Sequence record: NC_100327.1
DNA from: a phage
Strand: one strand, 5' to 3'
DNA: 64,000 nt
In this document: in pieces, positions 35,048 to 44,461 of the stretch
Layout: each line of letters begins with the position of its first letter
How positions within the stretch are numbered: position 1 is the first letter of the stretch
Made by a program: the position numbers and the translations under genes
The notes under the pieces: model-generated
What the model was told of the DNA's origin: nothing
Database searches by the model: none
The model's input: only the letters and a program-made list of their open reading frames with translations

Positions 35048-36232
35048 TTAAGCTTTAGCCAAAATGGCGCTAAACTCTTCACCAAACTCTTTTACAATCT
35101 TCATCAGGTTTGGGTATGCTTTGATCAGCTGAGCAACAATCTTGTCACGCCCTTTACCGATAAGCAAGGCATTTCCTAAGGCATTAGGTTTCATCATCGC
35201 CATAAAGACTGAGAATACAAAATCTCGGTTCTCGTCCTTGAAGTTTTCCCAAAGGAAATCGAGGAAGTTTGCCACACAGCTGACAAGATCTTCGTCTGAG
35301 ATACTTGCATTTTCCATCATATTACGAATAGCGATACAACCTTCAGATCCAAGAATCCACAAAATGTCTGGCTGCTTAGGACCTACGTATTCTTTGCAGC
35401 CACCTGCCATAATCCGACCGATTTCCGGTAAATTGCGTTTCTTGGTGTGGTATGTCCAGATCTCTACCGCTGCAGTGTGACCAATAGCACCTTGCAGAAG
35501 AACACGGGCCATAGCGTCAGAAATAATACCGCTGTCAAAATCGTGCAAGATGTCAGATGCAGCAACCCAAGATCGTGGTGTGGCAAAAGATGGACAATTA
35601 ATCTCAGCCATAGCCTCATAATTATCAATAGCTGATGGAACTCTTTTCAGATACCCAATTACAGAGGAGTGAACCCCGTTGAGGAATGCGTAGTCCTCAA
35701 TAAACACCTCTGCATTGCTTGTAACCTCTACAATGATAAAACGGTTAGCCAGAGGGGCTTCGAGCGCCGAAAGAACCGCACCATCTGTAGAACGGTTACC
35801 CGCAGCCACAAAAACAGAACCCTTAGGGAATGCATAGGTGCCGCACTTGTGGTCAAGCATAATTTGCATTGCAACCTTTTGCAGGTAGTTATCTGCATGA
35901 GTGAGCTCATCCAGAAAGATAATTCCGCTCCAGTCAGGATCCGCAGGCCAAAATTCTGGAATTGCAAACACTGTACGTGTAGTTCCATCCGCTTCTACAG
36001 GGATAGGTAGCCCAGATAAGTCGGCAGGATCTTTATCTGACAGTCGCACGTCAACAAGGTTGTCATCTCGCTCACCGAACATATTATCAGCGATCTGCTT
36101 CATCACCTGGCTTTTACCCACACCCATTGGTCCCAAAATTAGGACAGATCGGCTATGACGTTGGGCAAACTGAATAATAGCTGGCAACTCACGGACAGTG
36201 ATTTGACCACTTTCGAATACGTTTCTTGACAT
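35048..36232 (-). CDS. AAA+ ATPase, MoxR/CbbQ-like
   Basis: Walker A VLILGPMGVGKSQ; Walker B IIFLDELTHA. Confidence 0.7.
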   Translation of the reverse strand: MSRNVFESGQITVRELPAIIQFAQRHSRSVLILGPMGVGKSQVMKQIADNMFGERDDNLVDVRLSDKDPADLSGLPIPVEADGTTRTVFAIPEFWPADPDWSGIIFLDELTHADNYLQKVAMQIMLDHKCGTYAFPKGSVFVAAGNRSTDGAVLSALEAPLANRFIIVEVTSNAEVFIEDYAFLNGVHSSVIGYLKRVPSAIDNYEAMAEINCPSFATPRSWVAASDILHDFDSGIISDAMARVLLQGAIGHTAAVEIWTYHTKKRNLPEIGRIMAGGCKEYVGPKQPDILWILGSEGCIAIRNMMENASISDEDLVSCVANFLDFLWENFKDENRDFVFSVFMAMMKPNALGNALLIGKGRDKIVAQLIKAYPNLMKIVKEFGEEFSAILAKA

Positions 36233-36501
36233 TAGTAAAAGTCCTCTACTTGTGTGTAAGTGTTTTCAAAGTTTTCCAAAACAGATATCACATCGAATCT
36301 GTCAATATCATACGTGACTCTCCAGTTGTACGCAACCCTTTCTGCTGTTGCCTCTTCTGGCGCTAGTCGTCTGCTGGCATAAAAGAGTGTTGGAGTACAC
36401 TTTCTTGCTTGCCCTCTAACTTTCCCATAATAATATCTGTGAATATCTTTGTCAAAATTTAACTCTTTTTCTGCACGAAGTTCATATTGCTGGTATAACA
36501 T
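36232..36501 (-). CDS. hypothetical protein (89 aa)
   Basis: ORF-track ORF. Confidence 0.45.
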   Translation of the reverse strand: MLYQQYELRAEKELNFDKDIHRYYYGKVRGQARKCTPTLFYASRRLAPEEATAERVAYNWRVTYDIDRFDVISVLENFENTYTQVEDFY

Positions 36502-36545
36502 CTCTACTACTCCTTAAGCAGCATCCTTGCCGCCATTCCTGCCCA

Positions 36546-36926
36546 CTAAAATGCAGTCCGAATCCAGACAAGGTTCTTATCTGCCCAATCATAGAGGCAA
36601 GTCATTGCACTATTGAATTGCTCACACGGAGGATAATCTTCTTCCATCTGGCGCATAGCAGAGCCTTGTGGGTAAAGCTCCCGTGCTGCAAACCACGCGT
36701 CGTAGTCATCAACGGTGTCGAAGTAGTATACAACATCCTCTAACTCAGGATCGAACTTTGAACTATCAGGATCCAGTTGTTCAGGGAACTTGGAGCGTAA
36801 CTTGCCAGCCACAATACTTGCCAACTCGCTAACATGCTTATTGTCCCACTCCACTAGCTTCCCATCTTCAGTGATGCGTCCTAACCACTGATCATGAAGG
36901 TCAACTGTTGTCTTCCACTGAGCCAT
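36546..36926 (-). CDS. hypothetical protein (126 aa)
   Basis: ORF-track ORF. Confidence 0.45.
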   Translation of the reverse strand: MAQWKTTVDLHDQWLGRITEDGKLVEWDNKHVSELASIVAGKLRSKFPEQLDPDSSKFDPELEDVVYYFDTVDDYDAWFAARELYPQGSAMRQMEEDYPPCEQFNSAMTCLYDWADKNLVWIRTAF

Positions 36927-36928
36927 TA

Positions 36929-37186
36929 TCAGTCCACCTCTTCTTCTCGTTGTAGTTCAAGATACCCGTAGGTCTGGACATCTTGAAGGGTGTGGAACTC
37001 CCCCTCTGCCGCTAAGGCACGAACAACTTGGCACAAAACCTTATGAGGAACTTCATCCAAACCTAGATTCAGTGCAGGAAACACCTTATCTAAGTCAACA
37101 AAATAAACGAACTGTAGCTCACCAGCTTCAAAAGGTGTATCTTCAATAAACATCTTCTCGGCATTAGTCAAGATCTGCACTTTCAT
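36929..37186 (-). CDS. hypothetical protein (85 aa)
   Basis: ORF-track ORF. Confidence 0.45.
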   Translation of the reverse strand: MKVQILTNAEKMFIEDTPFEAGELQFVYFVDLDKVFPALNLGLDEVPHKVLCQVVRALAAEGEFHTLQDVQTYGYLELQREEEVD

Positions 37187-37542
37187 TATTCTACCTCCTC
37201 TTCTTTTTCTTCGGCATTAGTTTCATGGCTACCCCACTCGGGAGTTTCCACCTCGATAGTAAACTCACGCACTACACGGTAATTGCCCATGAAGCGCTCT
37301 ACTTCGTCAAGGCTTATGGAGAGGCCATTGGCAACCAGGTCTGCAGCACCCTCTTCTACCAGGTAGTCCAGATTGGCTTCCAGAGCCTCAGGTTCAAACC
37401 CTGTCAATGCAATCAGATAACCTTCCCCTTCATCAGGGAGGACAATACAGCCCAATTGATTTTCTTTAAAAAGGCAGTGACCATCATTATTGATTGGGTG
37501 TTCATTGCAGTAAATAGCTGCACGATAAGTAACTTTAGACAT
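37186..37542 (-). CDS. hypothetical acidic protein; start ATG at 37542 (MSKVTYRA...) inside a 29-bp inverted repeat
   Basis: RBS TAAGGAG lies 9 nt before the ATG; the first 8 codons sit within repeat 37519-37547. Confidence 0.45.
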   Translation of the reverse strand: MSKVTYRAAIYCNEHPINNDGHCLFKENQLGCIVLPDEGEGYLIALTGFEPEALEANLDYLVEEGAADLVANGLSISLDEVERFMGNYRVVREFTIEVETPEWGSHETNAEEKEEEVE

Positions 37543-37547
37543 CGGTA
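37519..37547. repeat. 29-bp perfect inverted repeat, left copy
   Basis: Reverse complement of 39381-39409 (taccgatgtctaaagttacttatcgtgca); flanking bases differ. Confidence 0.7.
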
Positions 37548-37555
37548 AGGTCTCC

Positions 37556-37834
37556 TTAGGCAATTGTCATTTTACATTCTTGAAATTTTAACACAAGACG
37601 GTGATTGTGTCTAGTGTCTAAAAAGATTTTTTCAACCATCAGGCACACGGTATAACCGTCCATCTTGTTGACAACAAAATCTCCAGGATGAGGGAGGATG
37701 TCTCCCGGATTGGGGAAACATAGTCCACTCAGAAAGGCATCGTCAGTGGTGGACTTAATAGATTTCCACACACTGTCTGCCTGAACATGTTCACCGACGT
37801 AATATACATTACCACATGCCTTCATCATAGTCAA
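37556..37834 (-). CDS. hypothetical protein (92 aa)
   Basis: ORF-track ORF. Confidence 0.4.
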   Translation of the reverse strand: MTMMKACGNVYYVGEHVQADSVWKSIKSTTDDAFLSGLCFPNPGDILPHPGDFVVNKMDGYTVCLMVEKIFLDTRHNHRLVLKFQECKMTIA

Positions 37835-38730
37835 ACCCTCGCATAAATTAAACTTGTATCAGTATACTTCTTTAATGGGTAAATATCCTGTCCATAGATG
37901 CAATCATTAAACACCTCATCTACCCAAAGGCTACACTTATATCCCATCATTTCTAAAACACCCATCTCTTCTTCGGTAAACTTATCACCGCTCTTGCAAG
38001 ATGTCAATACCTCATTCTGAACTCTTGCTACCTCGAAGCGGTTATTGGCAATATCGCTATTGGCGATCAAATACTCACCTAGAGGGTGTGCGGCATTAAA
38101 GATGCACAGTGGACGGCTGACGTAATAGTCTCCAGGTGTATAAAAATTGTTGAGGTCTTTCACTAGAACATTCTTATCAGTCACTTCATTTATAACATCA
38201 TGCATATCGCACATCTTTATATGTTTGAGGATTCCATCCCCCATCACAAAATAAAAACTTGCTGAAACACTTTCGGCATAGATCTTACTAGATCCGTTGT
38301 AGTTGTATTTTACTCGGATGCTAACGGGGGTTTTTCCTGTCGCGTTAGCCATCATCCAAAGAAATGGCAGCTCATACTTCTCCTCTGAGGAAACAAAAGG
38401 TGAGGTAGCCAGAGATCGAAAACCTCCAGAGAAGTTGAAAGTTACAGAACCGCTCCGGCGGTATGATACCGCGTATTCTACTTTTATATCGACATACCCA
38501 TTGGAATAGGTGTGTCCTTCATTATCTAAATATGTCCACTTATCAGACCCAGATACCAATCTACGCTCAATAACCTTCATCACTATAGGAATTAATGGGT
38601 TGGTACAAACCGCTTTTGAAGTAGCTTTATCATCTAAAGCCTCGTAAATTGCAGAAAGGATGTCCCCAGCTGAAAGATTGGTTGTTATGTCCTGTTTCCA
38701 CCGCGTACTAAAACTGTTAAGATTTGCCAT
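37831..38730 (-). CDS. hypothetical protein (299 aa) in an AT-rich segment
   Basis: ORF-track ORF; RBS AGGAG; own promoter at 38771-38799. Confidence 0.5.
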   Translation of the reverse strand: MANLNSFSTRWKQDITTNLSAGDILSAIYEALDDKATSKAVCTNPLIPIVMKVIERRLVSGSDKWTYLDNEGHTYSNGYVDIKVEYAVSYRRSGSVTFNFSGGFRSLATSPFVSSEEKYELPFLWMMANATGKTPVSIRVKYNYNGSSKIYAESVSASFYFVMGDGILKHIKMCDMHDVINEVTDKNVLVKDLNNFYTPGDYYVSRPLCIFNAAHPLGEYLIANSDIANNRFEVARVQNEVLTSCKSGDKFTEEEMGVLEMMGYKCSLWVDEVFNDCIYGQDIYPLKKYTDTSLIYARV

Positions 38731-38770
38731 AAGTAAGTGCTCCTATGTTAGTTTTCTTTCGAATGGGTGC

Positions 38771-38799
38771 ACTATATTGTGGAGTTAGAGTAAAGTCAA
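38771..38799 (-). promoter_or_regulatory. sigma70-type promoter (TTGACT, 17 bp, TATAGT), divergent partner
   Basis: Read on the minus strand upstream of 37831-38730. Confidence 0.5.
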
Positions 38800-38812
38800 C
38801 ACGTTTTTGATG

Positions 38813-38841
38813 TTGACATCTGTTGAGACAATTGATAAGAT
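38813..38841 (+). promoter_or_regulatory. sigma70-type promoter (TTGACA, 17 bp, TAAGAT) for the plus-strand accessory block
   Basis: Plus-strand hexamers back-to-back with the minus-strand promoter. Confidence 0.45.
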
Positions 38842-38872
38842 TTCTTCACTTACAGAGCACGAGAGACGACTC

Positions 38873-39850
38873 ATGAATCTTGAAAAATATTATACACCAG
38901 AAGAGTTAGAGCGCTTGCTCAAAAAATATAGACGCAAACAGAATAACGCACGGAAACGAGATATAGAGTTCGACCTGTCATGGGAAGAATACCTCCTATT
39001 TGGTAAAAAACTTTTAGGAGATGGAGTATGCGACTATACCCTTATACCTTTTGACATGCACACAGATGAAAACGGGCTGGGGAATCCTTTCTACCCATCC
39101 CTGGAGCGGATAGATGATGAAGGTCCTTATGCGGTTGATAACTGTTGTGTGGTGGGATTGAGATGCAACTCTCTAAAGGACTGTCTGGTAGATAAAAAGA
39201 CTGCAGTCTTGATTAAAGACGAAACTGATCGAAAAATTGTCCAGCAGATGATGCTCCACCTGAGCGAAGAGCGTATGGAGAAATTGAAAGGTGATTATAC
39301 TTTTGAAGATTTCATCTTGCAATATGGAACGGAAGAGGATAAACTAGCACTCTTTGACGAAGAAGAGGAGGAAGATATGCTACCGATGTCTAAAGTTACT
39401 TATCGTGCACCCAAGAAGCACATTTCCGACATTGTAAACGAGCCTATCACAGAAGAGATTGAAGAAATGACGCAACAGGTGCATGAAGAGGAAAAAGAGA
39501 CTCAGGAGGTCGAAGAGGAGCTTACAGAAGAGGTTCCTGCACTACCTGATGATGTTGAGATTGCCAAAGCTTACACTTTCTATTGTCAAACGTTCTACGA
39601 TGTAGGTATGAAAGTTGATCTGTCGTTCAGCCAATTTAAGAGTTCGTATATTCGCAAATGCTGTGCTTTAACTGGTGAACGTCTTGGAGCTGGACTTAAA
39701 CCCCTGTTGGTGACCGACTGGAATAAAGGTTTCACTAAAGGAAACTTTATGGTAGTATCTCCGATTATGGAGAAAGCTATGACAGATCTTATGAAGACCA
39801 CCCGCATGACAATGACCGAGTTGGCAGGTATTTTCAAACACGTTAAATAA
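38873..39850 (+). CDS. hypothetical protein; the track ORF starts at 38807 but the ATG at 38873 is more likely
   Basis: The track N-terminus overlaps promoter hexamers; Cys cluster C..CC..C in the N-terminal half; internal MSKVTYRA coincides with the inverted repeat. Confidence 0.45.
   Translation: MNLEKYYTPEELERLLKKYRRKQNNARKRDIEFDLSWEEYLLFGKKLLGDGVCDYTLIPFDMHTDENGLGNPFYPSLERIDDEGPYAVDNCCVVGLRCNSLKDCLVDKKTAVLIKDETDRKIVQQMMLHLSEERMEKLKGDYTFEDFILQYGTEEDKLALFDEEEEEDMLPMSKVTYRAPKKHISDIVNEPITEEIEEMTQQVHEEEKETQEVEEELTEEVPALPDDVEIAKAYTFYCQTFYDVGMKVDLSFSQFKSSYIRKCCALTGERLGAGLKPLLVTDWNKGFTKGNFMVVSPIMEKAMTDLMKTTRMTMTELAGIFKHVK
39381..39409. repeat. 29-bp perfect inverted repeat, right copy
   Basis: Exact reverse complement of 37519-37547. 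Confidence 0.7.
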
Positions 39851-39862
39851 TGACAGGGGCCA

Positions 39863-41344
39863 ATGGCCCCTTCTGGAGTTTTAATGGATAGCAGAAGTTC
39901 AGAAATCATTGCCTCGCAGAAAGATGATGCCCTGAGAATGTTGCAGGCTGCACGTATGTATCTCCTTGAAAAGCTGCCGTTTTATGGCACACTACTGTCA
40001 GGGTTGCAGTTCGTAGAAAACCACACATGGTGCTCCACCATGGCAACCGACCATAAACGCATCTATTACAGTCCTGAGTTCATTATGGGATTGGCTGATG
40101 AACGCAAGGCTATTCTTAAGGCTTCTCTAACTGACGAGCAGTTTGAGATGGCTGAAGTTTTCTATTCCCCAAAATCTGTGAAAGAGGTGGCCTTCCTTCT
40201 GTCACATGAGGTGGGGCATATTATCTGTGATCACCTAGTCCGTGGTAAAAGCTTTGAGCCGGAACTGTTCAATATTGCTTGTGATCACGTTATCAACACA
40301 GGCCTTGTGGTTGACTTTAGCAAACCTCCTTGTGTTTTCTTCCCGAAGGGGAAAAGCACTACGTTCCTGAAAGGTAAGCCTTTTGGCTTCTTAGCCAGCT
40401 GCTACTGCGACATGAAGTTTCATGGATGGATTGCTGAGAACGTTTATGCAGTTCTTGATAAGCAAAGAGATCAGAATAACGGTAAAAGTAAGAACGGTAA
40501 AGGTGAGAACTCTCAAAGTGATAAGCGACAAACCGATGATCGCATGAGTGGGAACGGTGGCACCAGTGATAATCTTGGAAAGGCTATGGGGTATGATCAG
40601 CCACAACCTGTAATCAGCCAATCTGATAAAGATCAGGCCATGCAGGACTCTGGTGATATGCTGGAGGCAGCAATGCAAGCGTCCGGAGGCCGTTGCCCTG
40701 AGGCGGTGCGTGAGTTTGTCAAGAACAGAGGTAAGCCTGTAATCAACTATATAGACATCATTAAGCAACGTATGTTGTCTAAAAGAAAGGCCGAACTGAC
40801 CTACAGAAAACCTGGTCGCCGATCTGGGTCTTTGACCAGCACAATGCGAAAAGTTGGGGCTATAAACAAGAACCAGCACGTTATTGTTCCTGGTCGTAAT
40901 CCGGAAAACACTATAGATATTGTGGTGGCTTTAGACGTTTCTGGCTCGATCTCTCAAAGAACTTTAAAGAAAATGTTCAATGAAATCACCGGATTGTGCA
41001 ATCTGTATAAAGAGTTTAAGGTTACAATGTTCTGTTGGTCAACTGAGGTTGGAGAGGTTAAAGTATACACTCGCGGCAACATAGACGAGATGGTCAACTA
41101 TGAGGTCCACTCAACATGGGGCACAACAGCTGCTTGCGTGTTCGAGTATCTGGATGCCAACATACCTAATGCAAAAGATGTCATCGTCCTGACCGACCTA
41201 TACTTTGAGCATAACTTTGAACAAAAGGTTGTTGACAACAAGTGGAAAAAGTACGATACTCTATGGGTCCTCACTGAGGGGTATAATAAAAATTATATCC
41301 CGAGCTTTGGGAAAACTGTGGAATTAATCGAGTACGCTAAGTAA
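39863..41344 (+). CDS. putative zinc metallopeptidase (HExxH) with C-terminal von Willebrand factor A domain
   Basis: HEVGH in the N-terminal half; MIDAS-like DVSGSIS in the C-terminal half. Confidence 0.6.
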   Translation: MAPSGVLMDSRSSEIIASQKDDALRMLQAARMYLLEKLPFYGTLLSGLQFVENHTWCSTMATDHKRIYYSPEFIMGLADERKAILKASLTDEQFEMAEVFYSPKSVKEVAFLLSHEVGHIICDHLVRGKSFEPELFNIACDHVINTGLVVDFSKPPCVFFPKGKSTTFLKGKPFGFLASCYCDMKFHGWIAENVYAVLDKQRDQNNGKSKNGKGENSQSDKRQTDDRMSGNGGTSDNLGKAMGYDQPQPVISQSDKDQAMQDSGDMLEAAMQASGGRCPEAVREFVKNRGKPVINYIDIIKQRMLSKRKAELTYRKPGRRSGSLTSTMRKVGAINKNQHVIVPGRNPENTIDIVVALDVSGSISQRTLKKMFNEITGLCNLYKEFKVTMFCWSTEVGEVKVYTRGNIDEMVNYEVHSTWGTTAACVFEYLDANIPNAKDVIVLTDLYFEHNFEQKVVDNKWKKYDTLWVLTEGYNKNYIPSFGKTVELIEYAK

Positions 41345-41359
41345 GAGAGGAGGTTATTT

Positions 41360-41623
41360 ATGGCAACAGAGTTAAAATTTGCATCAAACCGTAAAACTAA
41401 GAAGTATCTGTCCTCAGTAGCTCCAGGCACTGTGGTGATGTTTGTTGATGAACTTGGGGATGTGAATACAGCACTTGTTGTAAAATCACATCCTGCAAAC
41501 ATATATGTTGGGGTATTTGACCTGTTCAGAAAGGTGTTTGTAGAACTGCCTCACAGTTTGGTTGTTACAGAAATGGATGCCTGCATAGAAATTCTTGGCG
41601 AAGTTATGGTGGAGGAACAATAA
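41360..41623 (+). CDS. small protein (87 aa), tandem paralog 1 of 4
   Basis: Aligns with the next gene (MAT..F.S..K.KK....GTVV....FDL....VTE.D..I.ILGE); stop/start overlap TAATG. Confidence 0.5.
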   Translation: MATELKFASNRKTKKYLSSVAPGTVVMFVDELGDVNTALVVKSHPANIYVGVFDLFRKVFVELPHSLVVTEMDACIEILGEVMVEEQ

Positions 41624-41886
41624 TGGCTACCAGCATTGTATTCAATTCTAAGGTGAAGAACAAAAAGCGTGCAGACAGTTTTCCGTGTGGGACCGTGGTA
41701 AGTTGCGACGGAGACGGCATTCAAAACATAGTTATGATTGTCAAAACAGGAGAACATTGTGTGTGGGGGTTCGATTTAGAAAATAATGAGTTGTACGATC
41801 TGCCGCCAAACATGAAAGTTACAGAGCTTGACACCAAAATTACCATCCTTGGAGAGACAAGCTATTCAAAAGAAGGAGGAGAATAA
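41623..41886 (+). CDS. small protein (87 aa), tandem paralog 2 of 4
   Basis: Same length and conserved blocks as paralog 1; translationally coupled. Confidence 0.5.
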   Translation: MATSIVFNSKVKNKKRADSFPCGTVVSCDGDGIQNIVMIVKTGEHCVWGFDLENNELYDLPPNMKVTELDTKITILGETSYSKEGGE

Positions 41887-42149
41887 TGACCACAAAAATC
41901 ACTATCGCAGAACCGAAAGCTAACACTCAGCCTATCGAAAAGTTTAAGTGCGGTGAGGTGGTAACATTCACACCAGATAATGAAGATGCTAAGATTTTCG
42001 CAATGGTCACAGCTGAGTGGATGTGTGACAACACCACACAGGTTCTGCGTTTTGACACCTATCTTACCGATGAAATCAGGAACGACAAGATTGTGACTGG
42101 TGTGGATACTGAGATTGTTTTCTACAAGAGCTTTTTAGAGGGTTTCTGA
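41886..42149 (+). CDS. small protein (87 aa), tandem paralog 3 of 4 (more divergent)
   Basis: Same length; CGEVV block; coupled start. Confidence 0.45.
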   Translation: MTTKITIAEPKANTQPIEKFKCGEVVTFTPDNEDAKIFAMVTAEWMCDNTTQVLRFDTYLTDEIRNDKIVTGVDTEIVFYKSFLEGF

Positions 42150-42150
42150 T

Positions 42151-42384
42151 ATGGCAAAAATTAGAAAATTATCTAGCAATCAGGTTGTGAAAGACTTCGA
42201 ATCTGGAGAGATTCTTTATGTTCGTGATGCAGATGACGAAGGTGAAGATCTCGTTATGTTGGTGGGGCACGCTGAGGACGGATGCATCCAAGCTGTTTTT
42301 CTTGAAACAGCTATGGTGCACTGGATAGAGCTGGACCTGAAAGCACGAAAACCTAAAGCAGAAATCCTGATTTACGAAGATTAA
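42151..42384 (+). CDS. small acidic protein (77 aa), probable divergent paralog 4
   Basis: Similar size and GEIL/LVMLV blocks; adjacent. Confidence 0.4.
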   Translation: MAKIRKLSSNQVVKDFESGEILYVRDADDEGEDLVMLVGHAEDGCIQAVFLETAMVHWIELDLKARKPKAEILIYED

Positions 42385-42400
42385 CAAAAAGGAGATAGCC

Positions 42401-42850
42401 GTGTTGAGCAAACGTGAATGCGACAGCATTAGCCTGAATTCTTATAAGAAACAATGGTTTGGGGTGGAAGTTTGCCGACTGCGGCTAGGCTCCTACCTGA
42501 ACTTCGTTTATTATGAGAGTGACAGTCGTATCGTTTCTTATGAAGTGTTCTACACTAAGAACACATTCGAACTGCGCCGTAAAGTAGATGGCGGGAGAAC
42601 TACCACCCAGAATAATTGGGAAACTATTCTGCCTCCAGATGTTATAGGAAGTCCCCTGAATGTATCTGAAGATGAAAATCTTATGGTTCATGCTATGATG
42701 GGACTTGACAGCTTAGAGCTGGCAATCTATGATATGTCCATCGAAGCAGTTAAGCTGGACTACATCGAAAACACTTTAGAGGAAGGTATCAAGAAGTTTC
42801 TCAGTGAGAAATTAAAAGACCACTTTCATAAGGAGCTATATCTGTTATGA
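42401..42850 (+). CDS. hypothetical protein (149 aa)
   Basis: ORF-track ORF. Confidence 0.45.
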   Translation: MLSKRECDSISLNSYKKQWFGVEVCRLRLGSYLNFVYYESDSRIVSYEVFYTKNTFELRRKVDGGRTTTQNNWETILPPDVIGSPLNVSEDENLMVHAMMGLDSLELAIYDMSIEAVKLDYIENTLEEGIKKFLSEKLKDHFHKELYLL

Positions 42851-43092
42851 AGACCCGTAAAGAACGTAACAAAATTTTACCTGGAGCTCTCGAACACCTG
42901 ATGAAGTGCAGATCTATTTGGCACTCTGCCAAGGAAGGGCAGAAGGTGGTTGTGGTTAGTGACAATACCAACCCGTTTGGAGATTATACCACCATGATGG
43001 CCCCATATGTCCGTGATGGCGTTGTAGAAGTGGTCCCTTACAACGGTTTGCATGAACGGCACTTTGAAAGCGCTTTGCTAGTGGAGCTATAG
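42847..43092 (+). CDS. hypothetical protein (81 aa)
   Basis: ORF-track ORF. Confidence 0.45.
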   Translation: MKTRKERNKILPGALEHLMKCRSIWHSAKEGQKVVVVSDNTNPFGDYTTMMAPYVRDGVVEVVPYNGLHERHFESALLVEL

Positions 43093-43094
43093 TC

Positions 43095-43661
43095 ATGGCG
43101 GTCAATGTGGCTTACAACACAGGAAAGCTTGACAGAGACATTGGGTGTCTTGTCCTTTCAGATACAGAAGAGTATTGGGGTTATGGGTTGCTGTCAGACC
43201 CACACCCGAGCAACCTTGTATCAACAGTGCTATACCGCTACGACCCTGTGCCAACGGTACACGACAAAGACATTCACGACCTTCGGATCAAGTGTCTGGA
43301 AGATCTGCTGAACAATGGTTGCAACGATCTGCGGGTAGCCAAGGAGAAGCTTACAAACATTCACAAAGAGGAAGTGATGAGTACCCTCAGTAAAAGATCA
43401 GTGCACAAAAAGATGATGCTGAACTTTGCAATGGGTATCTACATGGATGGGTATAAGGGAGGGGATCCGATCCTCAAGCTTCGCTGCCCGACACTGTGGG
43501 AAAGAGTGGTTGACAGTAAGGACGGTACTGCCCTGCTCGAACTCCACACTGCAGGTTGGATTTGGCGGTATGTAGACGGATACCCTCTGTGGGCATGTGG
43601 ACCTGGGGAATTTGTTGACAGACCTAGCGCGGTGGTGGACTTACTATTGCAGTTTGAATAA
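43095..43661 (+). CDS. hypothetical protein (188 aa)
   Basis: ORF-track ORF. Confidence 0.45.
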   Translation: MAVNVAYNTGKLDRDIGCLVLSDTEEYWGYGLLSDPHPSNLVSTVLYRYDPVPTVHDKDIHDLRIKCLEDLLNNGCNDLRVAKEKLTNIHKEEVMSTLSKRSVHKKMMLNFAMGIYMDGYKGGDPILKLRCPTLWERVVDSKDGTALLELHTAGWIWRYVDGYPLWACGPGEFVDRPSAVVDLLLQFE

Positions 43662-43718
43662 AAAGGTGAGTTATAAGGTATTCATACACCTACCAACAAT
43701 ACAACAGGAGAGACTAAG

Positions 43719-43994
43719 ATGACGAAAGAAGAGGCCGACGTATTAGATTTTGCACTAGAGGCTACGCAGGAGGCTTTGGTGTTAGCTTGGAAAATGAACC
43801 AGCGTGCTGCAGAATGCAACCGCCGCATCAATGAGATCTTGGGCATGTCTATGTATGATTTCACCATGTATGCCGGAGAGATTCCTGAATTAACTGCCGA
43901 GATGAATGATCTTGACGATAAAATTAATATCATTCTGAAGACAGCAGAAACAACTCACCAAACCGCCCGTAAATTTATCAACGAGAAGGTGTGA
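43719..43994 (+). CDS. hypothetical coiled-coil protein (91 aa)
   Basis: ORF-track ORF; RBS AGGAGAGA. Confidence 0.45.
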   Translation: MTKEEADVLDFALEATQEALVLAWKMNQRAAECNRRINEILGMSMYDFTMYAGEIPELTAEMNDLDDKINIILKTAETTHQTARKFINEKV

Positions 43995-44461
43995 ATATGG
44001 ACTACAGCTACTGCGGGGAAGAAGTCCCTTTTAATTACAGCAATCTTACCACGAGCAATCCATATGAGACTCGCCACGGCACGCACATCATTGCCATCGA
44101 CTTTGATGGAACGTTTAATGCGAGCCCTTTCATCTTCTCCAGCCTGATCAGGGATCTGAAGAAGGAGGGGTGGACAGTCTACCTTGTGACTTTCCGATTC
44201 ATTACTCAAGACAATGTAGACATTGAGTATTGGCGCAAGGAGCTCGATGTTGGTGTGTTCTACACAGGTGGTGTTCAGAAGGCAGCCTACCTGGCGCAGT
44301 TTGATATCTACCCAGATATCTGGATTGATGATTCTCCGGCATGTATTCCGGCTAAGAATCAGTTAGAGTTTGCAATGAAGGAGATTGAGTATAAGTCTGA
44401 GGCTAAGCGGAACGGATGGCCCTTTATTATTGAAGATTACCCAGATCCTGAACCGGAGTAA
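43991..44461 (+). CDS. HAD-superfamily phosphatase (putative nucleotidase)
   Basis: Motif I IIAIDFDGTF; later DIWIDDSP block. Confidence 0.55.
   Translation: MNMDYSYCGEEVPFNYSNLTTSNPYETRHGTHIIAIDFDGTFNASPFIFSSLIRDLKKEGWTVYLVTFRFITQDNVDIEYWRKELDVGVFYTGGVQKAAYLAQFDIYPDIWIDDSPACIPAKNQLEFAMKEIEYKSEAKRNGWPFIIEDYPDPEPE

Noticed and set aside
37519-39409. Insertion sequence or transposon explanation for the inverted repeats
   Set aside because: No transposase or recombinase is encoded between or beside the repeats, and the repeats overlap gene starts rather than forming terminal inverted repeats of an element.
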